Shown: positions 28,973 through 38,413 of the stretch, one piece after another | Position numbering within the stretch: the first letter of the stretch is position 1 | Layout: each line of letters starts with the position of its first letter | NCBI GenBank assembly: GCA_018817715.1 | Contig: JAHITT010000006.1 | Span: 11,147 to 75,146 of the forward strand | Direction: 5' to 3' | DNA length: 64,000 nucleotides | Source: Patescibacteria group bacterium | GTDB taxonomy: Bacteria; Patescibacteriota; Patescibacteriia; Veblenbacterales; UBA10138 | Translations under genes and position numbers: made by a program | Notes under the pieces: generated by a model | Seen by the model: only the letters and a program-made list of their open reading frames with translations | Database searches by the model: none | Told to the model about the DNA's origin: nothing

Positions 28973-29572
28973 ATGTTTACTTTACCCAATTTACCTTACA
29001 GTTATGATGCTCTAGGGCCCCATTTAGACAAACAAACTATGGAATTGCATCATACTAAGCATCATGCTACTTACGTGAACAAATTGAACGAAGCTTTGGC
29101 TAAAGCACCACAGTTGAAGGAAAAATCCATTGAGTGGTTACTAACTAATTTAAGTGAAGTGCCCGAAGATATTAGAACTGCGGTAGTTAATCACGGTGGC
29201 GGGCATTATAACCATAGTTTATTTTGGCAAATGATGTCACCGGATAAAGTAGAGCCACCTGTTGAATTAGTTTCTGTTATTAATAATAATTTTGGTTCTG
29301 TAGAAAAATTTCAAGAACAATTTAATCAAGCGGCTGTTAGTTTATTTGGTAGCGGTTGGGTTTGGTTGGTAAAAAAAGCCGATAATAATTTGGCGATAAC
29401 AACCACCTTTAATCAAGGCAGCCCGCTTAGTCAGGGTTTGCAGCCGTTATTGGGTTTGGATGTTTGGGAGCATGCTTATTATTTGAAGTGGCAAAATAAA
29501 CGGGCTGATTATGTGGCCACTTGGTGGCAGGTAGTTAATTGGCCAGTGGTGGCTAAGAATTTGCTTAGTTAA
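28973..29572 (+). CDS. sodA: Mn/Fe superoxide dismutase
   Basis: HHTKHH, NHGGGHYNH, DVWEHAYY. Confidence 0.93.
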   Translation: MFTLPNLPYSYDALGPHLDKQTMELHHTKHHATYVNKLNEALAKAPQLKEKSIEWLLTNLSEVPEDIRTAVVNHGGGHYNHSLFWQMMSPDKVEPPVELVSVINNNFGSVEKFQEQFNQAAVSLFGSGWVWLVKKADNNLAITTTFNQGSPLSQGLQPLLGLDVWEHAYYLKWQNKRADYVATWWQVVNWPVVAKNLLS

Positions 29573-29579
29573 ATAGGCA

Positions 29580-30323
29580 ATGTCCTTGTTAAGAATTAGC
29601 CGTTTAAGTTTAACGGTTGAGACTAAGCCGATATTAAAAGATTTTAATTTAACTATTAACAAAGGTCAGGTACAAGCTTTGGTTGGGCCTAACGGTTCTG
29701 GTAAAAGCAGTTTGGCTGCTTTGTTAATGGGTCAGCCGGCTTATCAGTTAACTTACGGCCAACTATTTTTTAATGGAAAAAATTTATTAAACTTAAAACC
29801 AGCCGAACGCTCTAAGGCTGGTTTGTTTGTGGCTTGGCAAAATCCCATTAGAGTGTCTGGTTTAAACGTGGAGGAATTTTTAATAAAACTTTTTAGGATG
29901 CATTCGTCAGCTAGTCAAAGAAGTTGGCCGATAATTAAAGTTAGGCAGCAGATTATTAAACAAGCGCGCCGGTTTAAAGCTGTGGATTTGTTGGCCCGTG
30001 ATTTAAACGACGGTTTGTCTGGTGGCGAACAGAAACGTTTAGAAGCTTTACAAATGGCTGTTATTAAGCCGAAGTTGGCGATTCTTGATGAAATAGACTC
30101 AGGTTTAGATATGGCTAGTCTTGGGGCTGTTAGCCGTTTAATTAGGGAGTTAAATAAGCAAGGCACGGCTTTTTTGATTATTTCCCATCATTGGCGCTTA
30201 TTAAAAGAGGTTAAAGCCCAATCAATTAATGTTTTATTAAAGGGTAGTGTTGTGGCCAGTGGTGGCTTAGAGTTAATAAACACCTTAAACCGTCGGGGTT
30301 TTAAAGATTGGTTAAAGGAATAA
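29580..30323 (+). CDS. sufC: Fe-S assembly ATPase SufC
   Basis: GPNGSGKSS, LSGGEQKR, LDEIDSGLD. Confidence 0.92.
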   Translation: MSLLRISRLSLTVETKPILKDFNLTINKGQVQALVGPNGSGKSSLAALLMGQPAYQLTYGQLFFNGKNLLNLKPAERSKAGLFVAWQNPIRVSGLNVEEFLIKLFRMHSSASQRSWPIIKVRQQIIKQARRFKAVDLLARDLNDGLSGGEQKRLEALQMAVIKPKLAILDEIDSGLDMASLGAVSRLIRELNKQGTAFLIISHHWRLLKEVKAQSINVLLKGSVVASGGLELINTLNRRGFKDWLKE

Positions 30324-30328
30324 ATTAT

Positions 30329-31726
30329 ATGCCGGTTGTTGATAGGGATTTTGTAATTAAGCGCGGACAGTGGGTAGATAAAATAAAACCGTTAGAAAAA
30401 ATAGGCCTTGGTTTGTCGGATAATATAATTAGGCAGATTTCTGGTTTTAAGCAGGAGCCTGATTGGATGCTCAAAAGGCGTTTGCAGGCTTTTAGAATTT
30501 TTAAACAAAAAAAATATCCTCAGTGGGGGCCGGATTTGTCTAAACTTAATTTTAATAAAATTTGTTATTATTCTCGAATTAATTACAGCAGCCAATCAAC
30601 TTGGGCTAATATTCCCTCGCCAGTTAAAAAAACTTTTGAACGTTTGGGTGTGCCTAAATTAGAAGCGGCTGTTTTGGCTGGTAGCGGTTTGCAATATGAT
30701 TCGGAAATAGTTTACCAAGCTTTGCAAGCTGATTTAAAAAAAATAGGCGTGATTTTTTTAAGTATGGAGCAAGGTTTAAGGCAATATCCTAAACTAGTAA
30801 AAAAGTATTTTGGGCAGGTGGTGCCGGCCAGGGATAATAAATTAGCCGCCTTAAACAGCGCTGTTTGGTCGGGCGGCAGTTTTATTTATGTGCCACCCGG
30901 TCTAAAAGTGTCTAAGCCGCTGCAGGCTTATTTTCGTTTAAATGCTCGTAATTTAGGCCAATTTGAGCGGACTTTAATAATCGCTGATAAAAATAGTGAA
31001 TTGGAATATATTGAAGGATGCACGGCGCCTTATTTTAACGTGGATTCTTTACACGCCGCTGTGGTGGAGATTGTTGTGGAAGCGGGCGCTAAGGTTCGTT
31101 ATACTACGGTTCAAAATTGGTCCACTAGTGTTTATAATTTGGTTACTAAACGCGCCTTGGTAAAAAGGAATGCTTATATGGAATGGTTAGATGGTAATTT
31201 TGGCAGTCGGGTAACTATGAAATATCCGTCTATAATTTTAAGTCAACCTGGTGCCAAGGGTAAAATTGTTTCTTTGGCTGTGGCTGGCAAGGGGCAGGTG
31301 ATCGAAACCGGCGCTAAAGCTATTCATTTGGCGCCCTTAACCAGTTCACAAATTATTTCTAAATCTATTGCTTTGGCCAAGGGTCGTACTAATTATCGTG
31401 GTTTGTTAAAAATAACGCCAGCCGCCAACAATAGCCGGAGCAGTGTGTGCTGTGACGCTTTATTATTATCGCCCCAGGCGCGATCGGATTCTTACCCCAA
31501 GGTAGATGTTAAAAATCAAAAAGTTCACCTAGAGCACGAAGCTAGTGTAGCCCGTTTAAGTCAAGAGCAGTTGATTTATTTGCAAAGCCGAGGATTTTCC
31601 AAAAGTGAAGCTGTTAACTTGATTGTTAATGGTTTTGTGGCTCCGGTTCGTCAGGCTTTGCCAGCCGAATTCGCTATTGAGCTGGAAAAGCTTTTGGATT
31701 TGGAAATGGAAGAAGCGGTGGGTTAA
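30329..31726 (+). CDS. sufB: Fe-S assembly protein SufB
   Basis: GQFERTLII, YIEGCTAP, LHAAVVE, TMKYPS, EHEA. Confidence 0.93.
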   Translation: MPVVDRDFVIKRGQWVDKIKPLEKIGLGLSDNIIRQISGFKQEPDWMLKRRLQAFRIFKQKKYPQWGPDLSKLNFNKICYYSRINYSSQSTWANIPSPVKKTFERLGVPKLEAAVLAGSGLQYDSEIVYQALQADLKKIGVIFLSMEQGLRQYPKLVKKYFGQVVPARDNKLAALNSAVWSGGSFIYVPPGLKVSKPLQAYFRLNARNLGQFERTLIIADKNSELEYIEGCTAPYFNVDSLHAAVVEIVVEAGAKVRYTTVQNWSTSVYNLVTKRALVKRNAYMEWLDGNFGSRVTMKYPSIILSQPGAKGKIVSLAVAGKGQVIETGAKAIHLAPLTSSQIISKSIALAKGRTNYRGLLKITPAANNSRSSVCCDALLLSPQARSDSYPKVDVKNQKVHLEHEASVARLSQEQLIYLQSRGFSKSEAVNLIVNGFVAPVRQALPAEFAIELEKLLDLEMEEAVG

Positions 31727-31747
31727 TTATTTTTTTTAGTTTATTTA

Positions 31748-32404
31748 ATGGGTACTGTAAAACAAATAATCATTAATAAAAAGCAGATTAGGCATTTTGA
31801 TTTGTCTAACTTTTTGCCAGATAAAATAGAATTTAAATTAGCGGCCGAAGCTGTGCTACGGTTAAATAATAGTTCGGCTTTTAGCTTTAAACATTTGCAT
31901 TTTATTATTGGTTTAAGGGCCAGAGTAGATTTTGATTGTTTGTTTAAACAATTGGTTGGTAAAAGACAATATTATGTAACAGCTGATTTAATGGGCGCTT
32001 ATAGTCAATTAAACGTTAATTTATTGCATAATGGCCAAGACCAATCAGAAGCTGATTATTTTTTAACAATAAATCATCAGGCGGCTAATAGTTTTTCCAA
32101 AATTACAATTCGTCGTTTATTGCAAGGTCGGGCCCGTTCAAATCTTTATGGTTTGGTAAAGGTTTGGCCACAAGCTAAAGCGGTGGATTCATTTTTATTA
32201 GATAAAACTTTGTTAATGGGTCGTAGGGCGCAGGTTGTATCCAAACCGGATTTAAAAATATTAAATAACCAAGCTGCTGTTTATCATGGAGTGACTGTTA
32301 GCCGTCCCGACCATAAAGAAATTGACTATTTGACCAGTCGAGGTTTTACCAACCGGCAGGCTCTTAATTTAGTCGTTCAAGGATTTATTAAAGGAAAAAA
32401 TTAA
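31748..32404 (+). CDS. sufD: short SufD-like protein
   Basis: PDLKI, YHGVTV, YLTSRG SufBD C-terminal motifs; operon position. Confidence 0.78.
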   Translation: MGTVKQIIINKKQIRHFDLSNFLPDKIEFKLAAEAVLRLNNSSAFSFKHLHFIIGLRARVDFDCLFKQLVGKRQYYVTADLMGAYSQLNVNLLHNGQDQSEADYFLTINHQAANSFSKITIRRLLQGRARSNLYGLVKVWPQAKAVDSFLLDKTLLMGRRAQVVSKPDLKILNNQAAVYHGVTVSRPDHKEIDYLTSRGFTNRQALNLVVQGFIKGKN

Positions 32405-32446
32405 AGCGTTTGCCTAAAAATATTTATCCTTATAGAATAACTAGGT

Positions 32447-33661
32447 ATGGATTTACATAATATTCGTCAGCAGTTTCCTTTGTTTAATCAGCCAGCCAAT
32501 AAGGATTTGGCTTATTTTGATAATGCCGCTTCAACACAAAAGCCAGAAGTTGTTTTAAAGGCTATGGATGAATTTTATCGTACAACTTACGCTAATGTTC
32601 ATCGGGGTGTTTATAAAATAGCCGAACAAGCCACGGCTAAGTTTGAAGGTGTTCGGGCAGCTACGGCTGATTATTTAGGCGCTGCTTCAGCTAATAATAT
32701 AGTTTTTACCCGTAATGCTACGTCAGCTTTGAATCTTTTAGCACAAAGTTATAGCCGTACTTTAAAACCAGGAGATGAGGTTGTATTAACCGAAATGGAG
32801 CACCATGCCAATTTAGTGCCTTGGCAACAGGCGGCCAAGCATAATGATTTAGTTCTTAAATTTTTACCAGTTAATCAAAACGGCCGTCTGGAATTAGATA
32901 AATTATCTGTTTTGATAAATAAAAAAACTAAAGTTGTTAGTTTAACAGCTATGTCCAATGTCTTGGGTACTATGCCGGAGCTTAAAGAAATAATTTCTTT
33001 AGCTAAGTCTGTGGGGGCGCGAGTAATAGTGGATGCTGCTCAGGCTTTACCGCATAAATATTTAAACGTTAAAGAATTGGATTGTGATGCTTTGGTTTTT
33101 ACAGCCCATAAGTTTTTTGGACCTTCTGGTTTGGGTATTTTGTACGCCAGTCAGGAATTATTGGAGATTATGCCGCCGATTGAATACGGCGGGCATATGA
33201 TAGCGGAAGTTAATTGGTATGATTCTACTTGGGCCGAGCCACCAACTAAATTTGAAGCTGGTACGCCACCGATTGCCGAAGTAATTGGTTGGGGCGAGGC
33301 TTTAAATTTTATTAAGCAGTTGGATTGGGTGGCTGTGGAAGCTTATGAAAAAAATTTAACAGAGTATGGTTTAAAATTATTAACTGCTTTACCAGGTTTA
33401 ACAATTGTTGGACCAGAAGATAGTTTGGCGCGTGGTCCAGTATTTGCTTTTAGTTTAGATAAAGTTCACCCCCATGATTTAGGTAGTTGGTTGGATTCTT
33501 TAAATATTGCCGTGCGGTCCGGACATCATTGTACCCAGCCTTTGCATCGTAAATTCGGTTTATTAGCTACGACTCGAGCCAGTTTATCTATTTATAATAC
33601 TCCAGCCGAGTTAGACAGATTGGCTGACGGTATTAAACAAGCTCAAAAAATGTTTACTTAA
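32447..33661 (+). CDS. sufS: cysteine desulfurase SufS
   Basis: FDNAASTQKP, ANVHRG, EHHAN, TAHK, RSGHHCTQP. Confidence 0.94.
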   Translation: MDLHNIRQQFPLFNQPANKDLAYFDNAASTQKPEVVLKAMDEFYRTTYANVHRGVYKIAEQATAKFEGVRAATADYLGAASANNIVFTRNATSALNLLAQSYSRTLKPGDEVVLTEMEHHANLVPWQQAAKHNDLVLKFLPVNQNGRLELDKLSVLINKKTKVVSLTAMSNVLGTMPELKEIISLAKSVGARVIVDAAQALPHKYLNVKELDCDALVFTAHKFFGPSGLGILYASQELLEIMPPIEYGGHMIAEVNWYDSTWAEPPTKFEAGTPPIAEVIGWGEALNFIKQLDWVAVEAYEKNLTEYGLKLLTALPGLTIVGPEDSLARGPVFAFSLDKVHPHDLGSWLDSLNIAVRSGHHCTQPLHRKFGLLATTRASLSIYNTPAELDRLADGIKQAQKMFT

Positions 33662-33664
33662 TTT

Positions 33665-34021
33665 ATGGATTTATATCAAGCGACTATTTTAGAACATTAT
33701 AAAAACCCTCATAATCAGGGTGATTTACCTAAGGCTACCAATCGGGGTAGTGTTTCTAATCCGTTATGTGGTGATGCCATTTCTATGGCTTTTAAAATTG
33801 TTGATGATCAAGTGGAGGAAGTGGCTTGGCAGGGTGAGGGCTGTGTGTTAACTCAGGCCACAGCCTCAATATTATCCGAAAGCATTAAAGGCCAAAAAAT
33901 AGCTGATTTAAAAAATATTAATCAGGAAGCTATTGTGAAAATGTTGGGTATTACTCCAGGTCCTAATAGGTTGGAATGCGCGCTGTTGCCCTTACGGGCT
34001 TTGCTTAAAGCTTTGGACTAG
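33665..34021 (+). CDS. sufU: SufU/NifU-family Fe-S scaffold or sulfur acceptor
   Basis: NPLCGD, GEGC, RLECALL. Confidence 0.88.
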   Translation: MDLYQATILEHYKNPHNQGDLPKATNRGSVSNPLCGDAISMAFKIVDDQVEEVAWQGEGCVLTQATASILSESIKGQKIADLKNINQEAIVKMLGITPGPNRLECALLPLRALLKALD

Positions 34022-34358
34022 GTTTTTTATTAGCCAGTAAAAAACCGGCTAAGCCTAGGATTAAATGCCAAACATTTTCAGCCGGTTCTAAATGAAAAAT
34101 GTCTCTAAAGTTGGGCCAGCTTAAGCCTAGTAAAAATAAAGCCCAGCCCATAAAGCCTAATATTTTAAGATAAGACGGTAAAGTTACTGAAGAGTTTTTA
34201 CTATAGCTTAATTTAAGACCAACAGCGCCTAAAATTAAATAAATTAATCCTGGGAACATATCTAAATAAACCAGTTGCCCCAAAGAAGGATGTAAAAAGG
34301 CTGTTAGACCCAATAACAATAAAGCGGCGGCTAATAATTTAGTTAGGTGATGTCTCAT
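34005..34358 (-). CDS. small 4-TM membrane protein (DUF4383-like)
   Basis: Hydrophobic helices, C-terminal ENVWHLILG motif; start at MRHHL preferred. Confidence 0.6.
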   Translation of the reverse strand: MRHHLTKLLAAALLLLGLTAFLHPSLGQLVYLDMFPGLIYLILGAVGLKLSYSKNSSVTLPSYLKILGFMGWALFLLGLSWPNFRDIFHLEPAENVWHLILGLAGFLLANKKPSPKL

Positions 34359-34419
34359 ATTAATAATTATAACCTTAGCTGTTCCTTTGCTCAAGTTTTT
34401 TTGCTAAACTGTTTAGTAT

Positions 34420-35364
34420 ATGAATAATAAAATTTGTGTTATTGGGGGAGCTACTTGGGATGTTTTTTTTACTACACCCCAGGCTAGTTTGGGGCGTTGT
34501 AACAATGATGATTATTTAATGTTTCCTTATGGCGGAAAAATAGACGCTCTTGATGTTAAATATGGTTTTGGCGGCGGAGCGGCTAATGTGGCCATAAGTT
34601 TGAGCCGTTTGGGTTTGTCTGTTAGTTTATTGAGCCGTTTAGGTAAAGATTGGCGAGGTAAGGAGGTTGTAAAAAATTTAAATTATCATCAAGTTAAAAC
34701 TAATTTGATTCAATACGATAGTCAGCAAGTTACGCCTCTGTCTTTTATAGCCACTAGTGGCGGTTCGCGTGACCATGTGGCTTTTGTAGATAGAGGGGCA
34801 GCTAAGCATTTAAAAATGCCAGCCAAATTGGCTAAGGATTTTGATTGGTTTTATGTGACTAGTTTAGCTAATAAAGCTTGGCCAGTTTTTTTAACTAAGT
34901 TGTTTACAACGGCAGTTAAACAAGGACAAAAAAATTTTTGGAATCCAGGAGCCAGACAATTGGCTGACAAAAAATCTCTTATTAAGCTTTTGCCTTTAGT
35001 GGATATTTTAGATGTTAATAAGGAAGAAGCGGAAACCTTAACCAATCTTAATAATGTTGCCGTACCTGTTTTGTTGGTAAAATTAAAAGCTTTAGGTTCT
35101 AAAGCAGTGTTAATAACCGATGGATCTAACGGCGCTTATTATTTTGACGGCCAAAGTTTAGTTCATCAACCTTCTTTTAAAGTAAAACCCGTTAATACTA
35201 CCGGCGCTGGAGATAGTTTTGGTTCAGCTTGGTTAGCTGGTTATACATATTCTAAGGGTAATGTTAAGCAGGCTATGCTGTGGGGTATGCGTAACGCTTC
35301 GTCGGTTATTAAAACTGTTGGCGCCCAAAACGGCTTGTTGAGTTTAAAGCAGATAAAAAAATAA
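34420..35364 (+). CDS. PfkB family carbohydrate/nucleoside kinase
   Basis: GGGAANVA, NKEEA, TDGSNGA, NTTGAGDSF. Confidence 0.92.
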   Translation: MNNKICVIGGATWDVFFTTPQASLGRCNNDDYLMFPYGGKIDALDVKYGFGGGAANVAISLSRLGLSVSLLSRLGKDWRGKEVVKNLNYHQVKTNLIQYDSQQVTPLSFIATSGGSRDHVAFVDRGAAKHLKMPAKLAKDFDWFYVTSLANKAWPVFLTKLFTTAVKQGQKNFWNPGARQLADKKSLIKLLPLVDILDVNKEEAETLTNLNNVAVPVLLVKLKALGSKAVLITDGSNGAYYFDGQSLVHQPSFKVKPVNTTGAGDSFGSAWLAGYTYSKGNVKQAMLWGMRNASSVIKTVGAQNGLLSLKQIKK

Positions 35365-35374
35365 TTTTAGTTTT

Positions 35375-36205
35375 GTGATAAAACCGGCTGTTAAATTATT
35401 AAAGGAAGCAAATGTTATAGATTATTTGCGCAGCAAGTCCAGATATTTACCGTTTTCGGTTAGTCAAATTAAATCTGTTAAAATAGTTGATAAGTATAGC
35501 AATAGTAATTTTTTGTATAGAATAGTTGTTAGTCAAGGTAAAAAAGTTCAAATTTATTTTTTAAAACAGGCCTGGCAGTATAACAAACGAAGTTATTTAG
35601 CAGGTCAGCCAATAGCCGTAGATAGTAGCCGGATTATCGGTGAGGTTTATTTAATTCGTTATTTAAATAAATTGTGGCCAGCTGGTACTGTGCCCAAAGT
35701 GTATTTTTTTGACAAACAGGCTAAGGTTTTTTTAATGTCAGATGTTTCTAAAAAAGGTAAATTATTGGCTGATGAGTTTGATAAAAATAAAATTCACCCA
35801 GAAATTGCCCCAGTTTTGGCCAAGCATTTATCTTTGCTTCATATCAAGTCGTATAAAAGGAGGCTAAAAACCGGTAGCAATGAATCTTATGAAAAAATGA
35901 TGAAAGATTTTTTATTTGGTAAAAAGTGGTGGGGTTATGCTTTAGATAAATTTTTTAACAAAAAAGAAATAAATGATTTTTATAAAGAAGTGAAAAAAAA
36001 CTCCAATTGTTTAATTTGGGGTGATCCGATTAATAGGAATATTTTTGTTAGACCTAATGGCAGGGTTGGTTTAGTTGATTTTGATTTTACTATGAATTAT
36101 GACCCTATGCTGGATGTGGGTGTTTTGTTGGCACATTGGTTATGGATGAAAGAAAAAGGTAATTCCAAATTAAGCCGTGATTGCCAGAAGTTTTTGGGTG
36201 AATAA
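35375..36205 (+). CDS. APH/choline-kinase-fold phosphotransferase (methylthioribose kinase-like)
   Basis: FLKQAWQY (MtnK-like KQA), WGDPINRNIF (Brenner-like), VDFDF, DPMLDVG. Confidence 0.7.
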   Translation: MIKPAVKLLKEANVIDYLRSKSRYLPFSVSQIKSVKIVDKYSNSNFLYRIVVSQGKKVQIYFLKQAWQYNKRSYLAGQPIAVDSSRIIGEVYLIRYLNKLWPAGTVPKVYFFDKQAKVFLMSDVSKKGKLLADEFDKNKIHPEIAPVLAKHLSLLHIKSYKRRLKTGSNESYEKMMKDFLFGKKWWGYALDKFFNKKEINDFYKEVKKNSNCLIWGDPINRNIFVRPNGRVGLVDFDFTMNYDPMLDVGVLLAHWLWMKEKGNSKLSRDCQKFLGE

Positions 36206-36209
36206 TTTT

Positions 36210-36998
36210 ATGGTGGGTGATTATTTAATGTCGGATGAAAAAGGTAAAAGAATAATATGCCAAGCGTTATTAGATAGCCAAGCTTTGGTGTTTGGTAAAA
36301 TTATTCCAGCCATTTGCGCTACACCTTATTATATAGAAACCAGAAATCTTTTTAGCAAAAAATCAACTTTTGATATAATTGTTAAAGAGATGACTAAGTT
36401 GATAAAACAGTTAAACGTTGATTTAATTGCTGGTTGTGAATTTGCTGGTGTACCTTTGGCGGCAGCATTATGTTTGGAAACAGGTTTGCCTACTGTTTAC
36501 CTTAGAAAAAAACCAAAAGAATATGGCAGTAAAACAGCCGTAGTTGGACAAATTATTGGTAAAAAAGCTGTTTTGATAGACGATGCATCCGGCAGAGGTG
36601 CGGGTAAAGAAAAATTTGCTACTTATTTACAAGAAAAAGATGTTAAGGTGACTGACATGTTAGTTATATATTGGACAAACCATCCCTTAATACCCTGGTA
36701 TAAAAATAATGGAATTAGGCATCATCAATTAATTATGGCCGAAGATTTTATAAACTACGCCAAAGATGTTGGTTATATTTCCGATGATTTGCACGCTCTA
36801 ATATGGGATTGGTGGAAAGATTATAATATAGAAAAAAGATCACTAGATTGGAAACGTTGGGATAAGGTATTTGCACAAGCTAAAAAAGAAGGTTTTGTTA
36901 TATCCAATGAAAAGCAGTCTTATGAAGAAATGTTGGCTGAATCAAAAAGATTGGGTAAATGGGTAGAACCATTAGACGGAAAATACGAATATATATAA
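36210..36998 (+). CDS. type I phosphoribosyltransferase, OPRT-like, divergent
   Basis: AGCEFAGVPLA, RKKPKEYG, VLIDD; start may be 36228. Confidence 0.75.
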   Translation: MVGDYLMSDEKGKRIICQALLDSQALVFGKIIPAICATPYYIETRNLFSKKSTFDIIVKEMTKLIKQLNVDLIAGCEFAGVPLAAALCLETGLPTVYLRKKPKEYGSKTAVVGQIIGKKAVLIDDASGRGAGKEKFATYLQEKDVKVTDMLVIYWTNHPLIPWYKNNGIRHHQLIMAEDFINYAKDVGYISDDLHALIWDWWKDYNIEKRSLDWKRWDKVFAQAKKEGFVISNEKQSYEEMLAESKRLGKWVEPLDGKYEYI

Positions 36999-37024
36999 TT
37001 CTAAAAATTTGCGCTTAAAAAATT

Positions 37025-37059
37025 CAAGCCCTCTTTGTAAATTATTTAAAGAGGGCTTG
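37025..37059. terminator. bidirectional terminator
   Basis: 12-bp inverted repeat CAAGCCCTCTTT/AAAGAGGGCTTG between convergent genes. Confidence 0.65.
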
Positions 37060-37062
37060 GGT

Positions 37063-37632
37063 TTAGGATATTAGGAAATCAGTTATTTTTTGTGCTTGGT
37101 TAATTTCAAAGTGAGCAAACCAATTTGAGTCGCGTGAAATATTGAACTGTTTCATAATTGCTGCCACTTCTTCAGGTGGCCAGCCAACTAATGCTACCGG
37201 GCGGGGGGTATTGTTTTTAACCCAACCTTTAGTGGCATGGGCCAGCACAGGAAACAAATGAGCCAGGGTACCCTCACGTCCGTGAAAAAATAAGAAAGCG
37301 TTAGAAGTCGCGATGAATAATCCAATGCGTATTCCCCAGGCTATCTCCTTAAGCATTGATGGTATAAAACTTTCATCTCGTCCGAATAATTCATTGGCTA
37401 TTTTTACACAATCAACAGCTTCAATTTCCTCATAGGTTACCTGGCGGTTAACATCCATTTCGTGGGGATGGATTGTTATACCTGATTCTTGGAATAGTTT
37501 TACAAAGCCGCCGTAAGCGCCAACGTTGGCTTCATAACCGGCTTGGTGTAAAAGCTTACCTATTTCCAAAGCGGTTTCGCGAATCTGACCTTGAGGATCA
37601 CGGTCGCCTTAAACAAATATTCTTTTTTTCAA
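37063..37632 (-). pseudogene. divergent LOG/SLOG-family gene with an in-frame TAA at codon 8
   Basis: GGAGG plus TTG at 37632 gives MKKRIFV*GDRDPQGQIRETALEIGKLL; GAYGG and FHGREGTLAHL resemble LOG motifs. Confidence 0.55.
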
Positions 37633-37723
37633 TTTTAACCTCCGCGGTTTTTATTTTTGTATTTTGTTATTTAAATGATTTATTTTTAACTATATAGTAT
37701 AATCCATTTATAAGCTTTTGTCA

Positions 37724-38410
37724 ATGATTATGAAGAATATTGCATTGTTAAACGCCTATGCTGAAATGAGGCAATACTTTAAAGGCCCAGTATATCGCGG
37801 TGATGGCGCAATCGTGCCTTTTGCTATAGATTCCCGGCCTTTGCAGTGGCGGCCTAAGTTAGCCATGGTAGCGGTTAAAGCTTTAGCTAAGGAAGCTAAA
37901 AAATTTAAGCCCCAGGCAATTGCCGGCGGTTTGACTGGCGGGGCTTTATGGGGCGTGCAAGTAGCGGCGGAATTAAAATTACCTTTTATTTTGGTGCGTA
38001 AGGAGCCTAGAGGAAGAAGTATTGACCGGGGTTTATTGGAAGGGGAAATTGTAAAAGATCGACAGGTAGTTATGATAGACGATTCTTTAATATCAGGACG
38101 CAGCGCTGACAAATTTATTAAGGCTCTTAAAAAAGGTAAATTAAAAATAGTCGGCTATGTGGCTATACAAGTTATGAATTTATCTTATGTAAAAAAATGG
38201 TCCAGCCGGCATAAAATACCAGTTAAATATTTACTTACTTATAAGGAGCAGGCAGATAATTTTTATAAAAGAGGATTAATTGATAAAGAGCTTTTGTATT
38301 TATTGCACAAATTTATAATTAAGCCTTATACTTGGCACAAAAACAAAGCGGATTATAAAATTTTTAAACATAGATTAATTAAACAAAAAATTTGGCGGGT
38401 AAAAAAATAA
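37724..38410 (+). CDS. type I phosphoribosyltransferase, OPRT-like, second copy
   Basis: AIAGGLTGG, LVRKEPR, LLEG, VMIDDSLISGRS. Confidence 0.8.
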   Translation: MIMKNIALLNAYAEMRQYFKGPVYRGDGAIVPFAIDSRPLQWRPKLAMVAVKALAKEAKKFKPQAIAGGLTGGALWGVQVAAELKLPFILVRKEPRGRSIDRGLLEGEIVKDRQVVMIDDSLISGRSADKFIKALKKGKLKIVGYVAIQVMNLSYVKKWSSRHKIPVKYLLTYKEQADNFYKRGLIDKELLYLLHKFIIKPYTWHKNKADYKIFKHRLIKQKIWRVKK

Positions 38411-38413
38411 TTT

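Noticed and set aside
37609-37611. Alternative genetic code or programmed readthrough to explain the in-frame stop
   Set aside because: TAA is the dominant true stop throughout the window, and TGA also terminates a gene (1366-1368), so code 11 applies
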